From positions 10,106,001-10,170,000 of the forward strand of contig OU015568.1 in the NCBI GenBank assembly GCA_907165135.1: a stretch of 64,000 bases of DNA. The letters are read 5' to 3'. The translations under genes and the position numbers were made by a program. Shown one piece after another: positions 52,511-64,000 of this stretch; within the stretch, counting starts at the first letter, position 1; each line of letters opens with the position of its first letter. The DNA comes from Oikopleura dioica. Lineage: Eukaryota; Animalia; Chordata. Under the pieces are notes generated by a model. The model did not search any database and was not told the origin of the DNA. It saw only the letters and a list, made by a program, of their open reading frames with translations.

Positions 52511-55500
52511 ATGTCGAACACAAAGAGAACGCATAGAGATTCAACTCGAGCAAGCAGATATCTACGCATATTGTAAGCATATTTTATATTCTAAGCTCAA
52601 CTAATTAAAATCAAATTAAGATGCAACAACACAAAGTGGCAAATATTCTACTGAAGACATAGAGGACTTTTCTGAACGGGAAATCGAGTTGAGGTCAGTC
52701 TTCATTTTATATCTCTATTGATCAAGCTTCTTTATAGGAAAAATATTTTAGAACAAGGTTCAGAATTTGGTGTTAAAATCGCAGCTCAGTTGCGTTACAT
52801 TGGGGAAGCATATGACCGGCTGGGGGATTTCAATGAAGCTCTCTCTTTCTTTCACAAACTTGTGGATGAAGCGAATACAAGTTGCGTCGATTTTCAGAAG
52901 CGATCCGAAGCATATTACACCCGTGGAAAACATTTCTTCGATAATGGGTTTATAAATCAAGCAATGCCAGATGTAAAGGAAGCGCTGAAGCAAATTTCTG
53001 TTCAAGCAAAAGGAGGTGTTGCTGCTTTTGGGTGCTCAAAGAAGAAAGAGGAAGAAATGCACAGAATGCGTTTCAAATGTGAAGGACTGCTTGCGATGAT
53101 TTATACAAAGCGCAATCAAGAAGGAGATAAGCACAAGAGTCAATCAAGACTGAATAACGCTATCAGAATATCCAAAGAGCACAATCTTTACGAAGACAAG
53201 TTCGACTGGTTCAATATCATCGCTGCAGAAGAGGCTAATCGTGGGTGCTACTCTTCAGCAGAAACGAAGTTCAAGGAAGCGATGGCGTCTATTGATCACT
53301 TGAAAGAAAAAGACGTTGTGAACGAGAAAAAATTTGAACTATTCACCTGCTGGGGCAGTATGTACATCTACCAGTATAAATTCCAGAAAGCGATGGAGCT
53401 CTATCGCGATGCTCATGCGATTTACCCGAAAAACCAGGAATGCAAAGAAATATATAAAGTATTGTATCTCAATGATTGCCAGAAGAAAGAGTTAGAGGCT
53501 GTGGATCCTGTGGATTTCGAGGAGATCGCACGAATGAAGGATATTATGGGCGACATCTGCTTCTTCTTCCATGATAAATTTTCAAACCGAGTGTCAAAAA
53601 GCACCCTTCTCGTTGGCGCCTTGGCTCGTTACACAGAACGATTAACTGCTCTTACAGAGGCGAATTCCGAAAAAGTAGCTTCAGCTCACGTTACATTAGC
53701 CACTGTCCACAACGAGCTAGGAGATCATGAAAGTGAAATTGATCACTACAGGCTGGCTATGGAGGCAGAATCCACTCCTCTTGAAAAGCGCTACAAGTTC
53801 CTGGACGAAGCTGTTACTTCGATGCAGGATGCGAAGAAATCAAACAGTTGTATCGTTGAGTTTTTCGAGGATGTGAAGACTATTTTCGATTCTTCTGCCG
53901 CGTTGAAAATTGGTGTCCTGAAACAAATGAAAGAGTTTCTTAGCGATAACAGTAGTACTATTGCTTCCAGTGAAGATATGATTTTTGAGGTTACAGAAGA
54001 GCTTGATCAGCTTGAGTCTTCAAGCTCTCAGTCTGTGCGTGAGTTGGACTCACTTGAAGACAACGAAGAAGCTACTCCCACTGACATCAAGGACAGAATA
54101 AAATCAGTGAAGTTGCCCAAGCCAATGAAGCAAACGAACTCGAACAAACCCTGGTGGGATCTTGATCGAAATCGTCTCGGGGAAACTCTTTTGCAGAGAA
54201 AAGTGATTGATCTAAAACTCACTGACGAGCCAAGAGCGAAGTTAACAGAAATCGAGCAGCTGATTACTGTCCAGAAGCATCCAGTCAATGTTTGGGACAA
54301 TACTGGTCTTACTCCGCTCCACGAAGCCGCCAATTGGGGCCTTCCTAAGGTTGCGAAGATCCTGCTCAAAAATGGGGCAATGGTCAATGCTTTAACACAC
54401 TCAAATATGGAATTCGAAAAAGAGGAGTCTGGCGAAGGCACGAAAGAGGGTTCAATAACACCACTTCAAGATGCAATTGAATCACTGGTTGGAGAATCAT
54501 CTGATATTCAACTTAAAAAACTGGAGTTCATTCAAGTTATTGTCGAATACGGGCCAAATGTTCTAAGAAAGAACTCAAAGAATGAAACTGCTTTGAAATC
54601 GTACAACAGAATCAAGGAAAGTATTCAGTACCAATACAAATCTGCTCTTACAGATGATTTGAAAAACAAACTCGATTCGGTCCAGACATCCTTGTATCAG
54701 CTCACTCAAGCTCAGCGTGATAATCCTCGGATGATAGCAGAAGCCGCGAAATCAGGGAAAGCTGGAGCGACTGCAACGCCAACTAGTACTCGAAGACCAC
54801 CACCGAGGCCGACCACGCCAGAGGAAGCGATCGAAGTTGCACCGAGAAGACTTCAAGGAGTTAGCAGACTTATGCACGACGAGGATGATGATGAGCAAGA
54901 AAGGGATGAACGAGAGGCAAAGAATCCAATGAAGCATTTTCTCAAAAAAGTAAAGCGTGCTGGATCGATAAGCTCTGGTGGTTCTAGTGATTACGGTTCT
55001 TTACATCAATCAAATGGAGGGAATTCTCCGAGAGTAAGCTCTTCTGGAAGTCGAAAAAGAAGACAAAGCTCGCCACAGAGAGAAGTTCGAGACTCAAAAA
55101 GGATTCAAATAGTAAGCTCTGAAGATGAGGATTCCCGAAGTCATCTATCTTCTCTAACGCTCAATAGTGATCCAAAGCCATCAGAAATAACAAGTAGCAT
55201 GAATATTTCTTCCACGAGCAAGAAGAGACGACTGACGGTCTCATATTTGAATGAGGATTATGCTCGGCGAAGACTTCGGATCACAATCGAAGATTGTGTC
55301 ACCATCGAAATCCTCAGGTAACTTGAATCAGTGTTGGAAAACCCGCAACATTTCCCGCGGGCGCGGGCGGGCGCGGGGGCCGATTTCAAAATTTTCCGCG
55401 GTTGCGGGCGGGCGCGGGGGCCGATTCCTAAATTTCCTGCGGGTCCGGGCGGGCGCGGGGGCCAACTCAAAAATTTCGTGCGGGGCCGGGCGGGCGCGGG

Positions 55501-58500
55501 CGGGGGCCCCGCAGATTTTCGCGCCCGCGGGCGCCCGGGGGGTTGAGGGCGCCCGTAACCCTCGCGCCCGCAAGCCCCGCGGGTTCAGAAATCAGCAAAT
55601 AAAAAAAATAATTTTTGATAAAAACCATAATAGAGTGATAAACTAAGATAATTTGAATTTTTCAAACGATGGGTGTGGGTGGGGTTGGGGACAAAACTGA
55701 GATTGATCAACTTAGAGTTCCCAGCCAAGCCCCTTAAATTCAAAAATCATGGAACAGGGCTGAGACGGCCCGAAGGGCCGTCAAGCCCTTAAATTCAAAA
55801 ATCATGGAACAGGGCTGAGACGGCCCGAAGGGCCGTCAAGCCCCTAAAATTCAAAATCATGGAACAGGGCTGAGACGGCCCGAAGGGCCGTCAAGCCCTT
55901 AAATTCAAAATCATGGAACAGGGCTGAGACGGCCCGAAGGGCCGTCAAGCCCTTAAATTCAAAAATCATGGAACAGGGCTGAGACGGCCCGAAGGGCCGT
56001 CAAGCCCTTAAATTCAAAAATCATGGAACAGGGCTGAGACGGCCCGAAGGGCCGTCAAGCCCTTAAATTCAAAATCATGGAACAGGGCTGAGACGGCCCG
56101 AAGGGCCGTCAAGCCCTTAAATTCAAAAATCATGGAACAGGGCTGAGACGGCCCGAAGGGCCGTCAAGCCCTTAAATTCAAAAATCATGGAACAGGGCTG
56201 AGACGGCCCGAAGGGCCGTCAAGCCCTTAAATTCAAAAATCATGGAACAGGGCTGAGACGGCCCGAAGGGCCGTCAAGCCCTTAAATTCAAAAATCATGG
56301 AACAGGGCTGAGACGGCCCGAAGGGCCGTCAAGCCCTTAAATTCAAAATCATGGAACAGGGCTGAGACGGCCCGAAGGGCCGTCAAGCCCTTAAATTCAA
56401 AAATCATGGAACAGGGCTGAGACGGCCCGAAGGGCCGTCAAGCCCTTAAATTCAAAAATCATGGAACAGGGCTGAGACGGCCCGAAGGGCCGTCAAGCCC
56501 CTTAAATTCAAAAATCATGGAACAGGGCTGAGACGGCCCGAAGGGCCGTCAAGCCCCTTAAATTCAAAAATCATGGAACAGGGCTAAGACGAAATTCTAG
56601 TGCATATTCTTTTTCCTTTGATTCAAAGCTATCGAAAGATCTTTGTTTTTTCATTTACATTGAAAAGCGGAAAAATGCGATTTTCACGCTTAGTACTATT
56701 TATATGCATTTTTACGTTTGCCAAAATTTCGGGTTAAGATGTTTGTTAAGGGATAGTGTGATACATCAAAATGATTCTCATAAAACAGGGAATCTTTACC
56801 TTACGACGACAAGTGTGCCATATATGGCACAAAAACTTTAAACGCCCATTTTCTCTCTTCGATCACTTCGGTTACTCTATTTCATTCATTTTTGGTCACT
56901 AGTCTGGGATTGACACTAGGTTCATGTTCGAGTTTAGGTTTCGGGCTGTGTTTCGGTTTGGGTTAAGGTTTGGTTTTCGGAATTCTATTGGTCAAACGAT
57001 GGCATTAAAGTCCATGTGCCATATATGGCACAATTGTCGTCGGCGGGTGAAATTTTGGTTTTTCGTCGTAAGGTTTACATGCTATGAGACCTGTGATAAA
57101 GAGTTGAAAAAACAGGGGGGATCCCTTAAATTCAAAAACCAAGGAGGGAGAAAAAGGGGGGAATTGGCCATTTGGGCCGTCAAGCTCAATTCAAGGCGAG
57201 GGAAGAGAATTATAACAACGCCCGGGGGCCCCGGGCGGTTGAAAAAATTTTGTACGGGCGCGGGCGGGCGCGGGGGCCAAATCAGAAATTGTTTGCGGTC
57301 GCGGGCGGGCGCGGGGGCCAAATCCGAAATTTTTTGCGGGTTCGGGGGGCGCGGGCGCCCGCAGCCCCCGCCCGCCGCCCCCGCGGGGTTCGCGGGCGGG
57401 TTTTTTCCAACACTGACTTGAATTCAAAGTAAGTTTCTCTATCACTCGTCTTAGACACAAAATCATCAAAGAAATTATACGCAAAGAAGATCGGAAGCAC
57501 GACACACCTCAGATTTCAATTTATGTTGGTGAAGATGTAAACGACCGTGTGGAGCTTACTCCCTCTGAAGTCGTTTCTGATTCAATAGACTTCGACAAGA
57601 ATGAAGGAGACATAATTTTTGTCAAAATTCATGAATGGTCAACAGGATTTAGTACATCGACGGCAATTGAGGAATATCGTGATATTGTGCGCAAAGCAGG
57701 TGCAGAGCCCTCTGAGGATTGCATTAATGCCCTGCAATTATCAGGAATCGTTTTTAATCTACCTTCTTGTAAAGGCCCAAGAACTTATTTAAAAACGTTT
57801 ATCAGAAACAACAAAATCGATCTCGCTGACTGGTGTTGTTTTTCAATCAAATCCCAGTGCGCATATAACTGCCATAATGAACATTTTTTCTGGACCATCT
57901 CTTGTCGACTTGAATTTATCCGCACAAAACTTGGAACCGATCTTTGATAAGATCACACTAGCTTTGCCAGAGCTTCAATCTCTCGCTTGTCTCCAGCTCG
58001 CAAAATGCCGTCTGACAAAGTCAAGCCTAGATATGCTTGCAAACTCGACTCATCCGACACTGCGATCATTGGACATTCAAGCAAACGTCACTGGCGACAT
58101 CGGCCCACAACTGTCGAAAATCATTGAGAATTTCAAAGAATTGAGGGACCTGAAACTCTGCCGGATGAAACTGACCGATCTTACCTTTGAAACTAGGATG
58201 GATTTGAGCCAGGTAGCGTAACTAAGTCTTGACTTTTTTTATAAACGACGTTAGTTGACCAACCTCGACATCTCGCAAAACCTCAAGATCGGCCAGATGG
58301 GACTGGAAAATATAAGAATGAGCCTTGGCGATTCTTTCTCGTTACACACCCTTGAAGCAGCGCAAATCACCACTTCTGAGGATATAGTCACGCCTTTGAC
58401 AAAACTTTTCCTCGACACCGTCCAAGACCTCAAACATCTGAACATCTCCAAGAACAATATCAAACAAGAATACATAGAGGACAACCTCGACGATCTCGAA

Positions 58501-58716
58501 TCAAATTGTCAGCTAGAAGTGCTTAATTTTTCCAACAACCGAGAAATAACCTCAAACAGTAAGTTTCACCTTCGTCAGCGCAAATTTATCTTTTTAGTTG
58601 TTCAAAATCTACTTCAAACCATTCCTACTCTCCAAGAGATCATTCTGTTTGGAACAAAATGTTCCCAAAGCGACTTTGAGCCTCATCAGATATCAAAACT
58701 AAAACTCTCCTGCTGA
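52511..58716 (+). CDS. TONSL: Tonsoku-like protein (TPR, ankyrin, UBL, LRR); large intron 55318-57454
   Basis: TPR-like N-terminus; RNRLGETLLQ..DNTGLTPLHEAANWG; ITPLQDA; C-terminal LRRs. Confidence 0.85.
55736..56590. repeat. 55-bp tandem repeat, about 15 copies, each with an internal hairpin
   Basis: Unit AAATTCAAAAATCATGGAACAGGGCTGAGACGGCCCGAAGGGCCGTCAAGCCCTT; copies differ only in homopolymer length. Confidence 0.97.
56799..57073. mobile_element. Short piggyBac-like MITE nested in the hAT element
   Basis: TIR CCTTACGACG shared with 34649-35326; TTTA duplicated on both flanks; two GTGCCATATATGGCAC palindromes. Confidence 0.8.
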
Positions 58717-59475
58717 TCCTTTTAACCTGACAGGACACATGTGAGTCCAATAAATATGCCTATAAATATTTAATGGTAATTTGCTTTCAAGATTTGTTGT
58801 AATCTTTATTCAAATTTTGAGAACTTCATACTTTTCATCTTCAAGAGCAGTAATTCGCCAATAATCAGCTAGTGCCTGGCGGTACTCACTGATTGGGAGG
58901 TGTTCCGCTGAGTTCGTATCTAAGTTTTTGTAAAAGCAAAGACTACAGTAAGGCACACGCACGCGGACAACAATAATTTATGGAAAATGATCGGAATAGG
59001 TTAAAAGTTGTCAAGGGAATGTTCACTGCGGAAAATTCACTTACAAAATTTATAGAAAGAGGAATTACTTTAACCTTCAGGTGGAGTCAAAGTCATAATG
59101 GGAATGCCTTTTTTCATCACACTTTCTCCTAAAAGAACTTGTTCAACGAAAATTCAAATCATAAGAAATTTCAGATGTATGCCTTTCGAAATTTCCCTTT
59201 TGCGAAAGAAGCAAACAAAAGCCAAAAAAGCAAAAAGCGCTTACTCAAGAACGGGTTGCAAATTTTGCCGTTTAAAGATACTGTTACGCGGTGCAGGAAG
59301 CATCGTCGATCCTCCTTTAGCTGCTTAGTTAAAAGAAGAAGCATTAATGAAAATCAACCTTTGGTTTTTAAAAAACAAGCACACAACATAAAAAACAAAG
59401 ATTAATATTGATTAATCTTTGATAATGATATTTCAGTTGTTGAATCAATTGTTCTATAAAATTAACGGAATGAAA

Positions 59476-62400
59476 TTACGGTGGAACATCAAAATTGACA
59501 GAGAGCTTTCGCTCTTTGGAACCTTTCTCCGTCGTTTCGCCTAGCGGCTCGTGGCGTTCTGATCGAGGAGTAAAACCAGTCGAGCTGGTAGTTGTTGTGT
59601 TTTGACGATTTGTCGGTTTGATGTTTGCAATCGCTTCTTCCAGCAGGAAGAAATCGCCGAGGTTTAGCTGAGTATCCGCCCTAGAATTTTTATAAAAATC
59701 AATGCGAAATTTTGCTTCTTACTTGATGACTTGGAGCTTGTTTCGCATTTTCATTAGGAAATTCCCTGTAATGTTTTGTTCAAGAACATATTTTTCCAGT
59801 CGCGCTTTTCCACCGGCAGTCATATTTTCAATGCTCAAAACCCAGTTCGCGACTTCTTCAGAGTTCATGTCAAAGCAGACAGACACTTGAGAGGCAGGCG
59901 GAACGCTGCTTAGAGACATCATATTACTCAAGTTTCCGTGGGCTGAAATTTGCGGAGTTTCGGATGAGCTTTCAGTTGTTTCGGAAACTTTCGTCAGCGG
60001 CTGAAGAAGGAGGTTTGAACCGGAAGGTGGCATTTGGTTTGGGCTCTGAAGCTTCAGCTGGCGAGTGTGGAAGACATCGTCGATCCATTCTCGTAGGTTA
60101 GGATCGAGATTGACAGTGTTGGGAAGGAACATGACGACGTCTTTTACAGTCAACGCGTCCTTGGGATCTCGGGCGGAAAGTAGCACTTCCATGTCTCGGG
60201 AGTCGACAGAATCAATCGCGAGGACTTTGTCCTCCTGAGTTGAGTTCGGAATGGACGGCAGAATCTTTTGGTAGACTGATTTTAGAGGTAGATGCAAGTC
60301 GAGGTCTTCGTTCTCTTCGATATACCAGATGATCCAGGATGTTCGGTAAGGAGCCAATTCAGTCAACTTTATCCAACGAGAGAGTCGATCGGAAGAAACA
60401 GGGATGAAATTGGCACGGAGAAGTCGTCCAGTCAAAGATTTTGAGTTGAGAATGCGCTTCATTATCTGGGGAGAGATGGAACTGAGCCAATCTTCATCAA
60501 GGAGCATTTCTGCTTCGTTATTCTTGCTCTTTTCGAATCGTGACTTTCGCGTTGAGCTAAATTATTGTAAAGAAGACGGATTTTCTAAATATTCTTACTC
60601 TGTAAGTTTCACTCCATTTTCATCAAACAAGGTGTTACGTCGTCCCTCACGACCACTAAAACCACACGTCACAAACACTCGAAAACGTAAAAAAACTATT
60701 CAAAAACTGATCATTAAAAACAGATCACTCAAACTTACCGTCTTCGAATAAGACCCTGATCATCTTGTGGGCTGAAAAGCGAGTCGCGACTCTCTTGCGG
60801 TGCATAGATAGATTTGGTAGAACCAGCAACAGAGCCATGTCTATCATCAAAGGGTCTTAGACTGATCATGTCGAAGTGAGAGTCACTGTCGCTTGGGAGA
60901 ATCTTTCGACGACGGAGAGTCAAGTCATTGGATTGCTGATGCATGTAGAAGGGAAGGTGGATCATATTTTGAAGGTAGTCTCGGCCGCTGATCTCCCAGG
61001 TGTCTTTTCGATCCTTGTCGACAGCTTTTCGAATGAGGTTATCATCAACTGCGAAGATGACGATGTAAGGCGATTGGGTGAAAAGAGAGTTGACAAGTTC
61101 CAAAATCTTGAGGACATCGTCTTGCTTGTAACTGTCCAAGCCATTGACGACGATAACCATTCGAGTTTGATGACTTCCATACTGATCAAATGCCTTGACC
61201 ATCGCAGCTAGGTAGTCCACTTCTCTCTTGAGCTGTTCTCGTCCTGATTTCTCGCCTTCTTTAATCTTGTTTGCTTCTTTCAAAACTCGAGAATAGGGAG
61301 ACTCAATCATGTGCTTGATAATTTGCCAGTAATGAGCAGTGAGAATGGCCAGAAGAATTCCACCGACAACTCCTGTCAAAATTGCTGCTGTTTGGAAATG
61401 AGCTGGTGTTGGAAAGTTGTCCTTTCCAAAAGCGAGACAGCAGGTTAAACAGAAGATGTCCAACCAGAAGAGGATGAAAATCGACTGAAGAGGCAAACAA
61501 CAAAACGATCGAGTTTCGACAGACTCTTTTCTTGGCTTCATTGCTCGGTAAATTCTGACAGGGAGAAATCCATACGCTTCTTCAGCTGTTTTGCTCAAAG
61601 CTCCAATAACTTCTGCAAGGGAGTTTTCAGAAGCACCGATGTTGAGTCTAGCTTGATTCGCAAACAGAAATTTGACAGGCTTAGTTTTGGAAGCATCCGG
61701 ATTAGGCACACCAGTCTTGAAAAGCATCGCCATCACTAGCTTCAAGCGAGTTCCAAATCTAGTGAGAGCTTTTGCGATGCTATTGCAAAAGCGCCACTTT
61801 TTCTTGCGATCATTTTCGATATACTTGACATTTCCATAAGTTGCCAGAGCCATTATTATTCCGTAGAAAAGCAAGATAGCCCCACCGATGCAAGGGATGA
61901 TGATGGCCAGATTAGACGTGTTCGGATAAGCAAGGCCGGTAATGAGAGTGCAGAGCCAGCCAAGAATAATCAAAAAAGTTACGTGGACGGAAAATGGCGG
62001 TTTGTAATGAACATCACCTTCATCACCAACAAATGAGCCCATGACTTTCGCCAGAGTGAGGAGGAGAAAATCTTTTCCAGATCCCCACTTTGCAAAAATA
62101 CCAACAGTGATTGGAAGTTTCAACTCTGGCTCAGCCAGAATATCGGCAAGAGAGTTTGTGTACAGCTCGTACTGGCTCATATCATCAGCGAGACCCTTGG
62201 TGGATGAAGTTACCATTTTCTCGCCCCAGATTTTGGTAAGGATTGAAACTGGGTTTTCGAGATCGATCTCGTGGGGAGTTTCATTTTCCTTGTTCTTCTT
62301 GTAAACCAGGTTGGAGTTTTTGGGATTTCGAAGGAGCATTTCGGTGATAGTCTTGTCCCGAAATCGAATAGAAAGATGAAGAGGATTGTTCCAGTCTTGG

Positions 62401-63960
62401 TCACGGACATCGACAGAAGCGCCAGCCTTGAGAAGAATATTGACAATTGATGCGTTTCGATTCCGGACAGCTTTCAATAAAGCGGTTTCAGTTATAATCT
62501 TCTTGTTGTCGTTGATCTTGGTGAAAGCTTCGAGATAAATGTCCTTTCGCTTGACAAGAAGCTTGATTATTTCTTTATGCGGATTCTTTCCTCCCATTGT
62601 CGATTCTTTGACAGCGAGATACAGCGCGGATCGATTTTCTTTGTCGAGTAAATTGACGTTGACATCGTGGTTGAGCAAAAGTCGGACAATTTCTAAATGA
62701 CCTTTCTTTACGGCGAGAATGAGAGGAGTTTGTTTTTTCTTATTTTGATGGTTCTTTGATGCTCCAGCTTCCAAAAGTATACGAACCGTGGCAGTCAGGC
62801 CCTAAAAAGAGGATTAACGACGCGTAAATAATATTTAGTTGTTCATTCAAAAAAATTAATTGACATACTAGAAGATGGCGAGAAACTCGAGAAAATCAAA
62901 TGTGAACTAAAAGTTTTAGTCTAAAACTTTATTTGTGCTTAGATCATTTGTGCCCATGTTTGAATACACAATTTATTGGATAAAATTTCATAAAAATGTC
63001 TAACCTTATCAGCAGCAAAGTTGAGCGCAGTATTGTTATCCGAGTCTACATGACTGACATTGACAGGATCGCTTCCTTTCAAGTTCGCACTTAACAGCAT
63101 CTCAACGACTTCTTCGTGCATATTTCTAGTCGCAACAATAAGCGCGCTCTGGCCATGAGCACCGATAGCATTGATGTCAATTCCAGCTTTGAGCAATCGC
63201 TTGACGACCCCAGCTTCGCCCTTTCTACAGGCCCAGAAAAGAGCATTGCAACCGAATTTATCGGTCTTATTGACATCAACGCCATTTCCATCTTGCAGGA
63301 GCACATCTACTGCATCAATATGTCCTCGGCCCGCAGCCCAGAGAAGAGGGGTCACGCCGTAAGATGCGCCCTGGTCGAGGCCATTGAAATTTGGATCGCC
63401 ACGAGTAGCTGGGTTTTCCAAAAGAGCTTCGAGAACTCTTCCGTGCCCGCGATAAGCAGCCCATGTTATAGCAGACCATTCGCCCTGAATTTACAAAATT
63501 AATATCATGTTCGGCTATGTTTTATAATTGTAAGAACTAAAGAATTTGACGATAAATTACCATTTCGCAAATGTCATCATCTTTTGACTTCTGTTTCGCA
63601 CCTCTCTTGAGCAACTCCCTCACAACTTCAACATTACCAAATTTGGATGCTGAAATCAACGGCGTCCACTGGGATCTGTCGACCGTATTGACTTCATGTC
63701 CAAGTCTAAGTAGAAACAACGAGATCTCATGTTGTTGCTTTTCGATTGAAAAATGAAGCGGTGTTTGACCTTCTTCGTTGACTCCGAGGCACGATTCGGG
63801 CTCTTTAGCTGAAGCAAGAAATTCAATTAGTTGAATATCGATTTTATTTACCTAGAATTTTGACCTCATCGATTTTCCCTTGCTCTATTCGTAGGAAAAT
63901 GGCAGAATTGGAGCTTTTGACGGAGGTCAGATCAAAACCTGTATTTTTCACGACTCCCAT
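59476..63960 (-). CDS. KIDINS220: KIDINS220/ARMS (ankyrin repeats, KAP P-loop NTPase with TMs, SAM)
   Basis: Many ankyrin repeats; LPITVGIFAKWGSGK; TM pair inside the NTPase; YLQNMIHLPFYM; SAM motif EEVANWV..LNLGDF. Confidence 0.9.
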
Positions 63961-64000
63961 TGATCTTCACTGAAGAATCTCCAGTGAGATCTTCTTAGAT

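Larger units (their letters stand above)
55329..57415. mobile_element. Non-autonomous hAT-like element in the TONSL intron
   Basis: 8-bp TSD ACTTGAAT (55321-28, 57416-23); TIR CAGTGTTGGAAAA; GC-rich subterminal repeats GCGGGCGGGCGCGGGGGCC at both ends. Confidence 0.88.

Noticed and set aside
55736-56590. CRISPR-like array of palindromic repeats
   Set aside because: The linkers are identical (no unique spacers), there are no cas genes and the context is a eukaryotic intron; this is a tandem satellite
55251-57505. Arg/Pro/Gly-rich ORFs (55251-55646, 55328-55573, 56924-57421, 57191-57505 and others)
   Set aside because: They arise from the GC-rich subterminal repeats of the hAT element and show no transposase motifs
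58720-59470. Possible small gene or ncRNA between TONSL and KIDINS220
   Set aside because: Only short AT-rich ORFs are present, with no recognisable RNA structure or repeat; probably convergent 3' UTRs

Overview
Compact eukaryotic genome segment. Introns are mostly 40-55 nt, some have inferred GC or GA donors, and co-oriented genes lie 20-250 nt apart. This architecture resembles the larvacean tunicate Oikopleura (inference, not identified). Bases 1-8543 are the 3' part of a tyrosine-recombinase (DIRS/PAT-like) retrotransposon. It encodes RT-RNaseH-methyltransferase-like pol, a tyrosine recombinase, an RG-tailed gag-like ORF placed between pol and YR, and two unexplained extra ORFs, and it ends in split direct repeats. 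Its genes are interrupted by about 10 spliceosomal introns, and strong acceptors sit just upstream of its start codons. The rest is host DNA: a TMEM231-like fragment, PARL, Hsp110, a long minus-strand operon-like array (MED24, PHKB, IMP4, RRP7A, FUNDC, PEDS1, SH3 protein, POLR2K, CEP55, CPSF3), then a sulfotransferase, LSM3, NUBP2 and two IFI27-like paralogs. A plus-strand array follows (SLC43A, ACADL, VTI1, CHIC, ALG6, a candidate highly divergent p53-family gene, TONSL), then KIDINS220. Four non-autonomous DNA transposons have recognisable TIRs and TSDs (two hAT-like, two piggyBac-like); one carries a 55-bp hairpin satellite. All homology calls come from motif recognition by eye, no searches were run, and coordinates were counted by hand.
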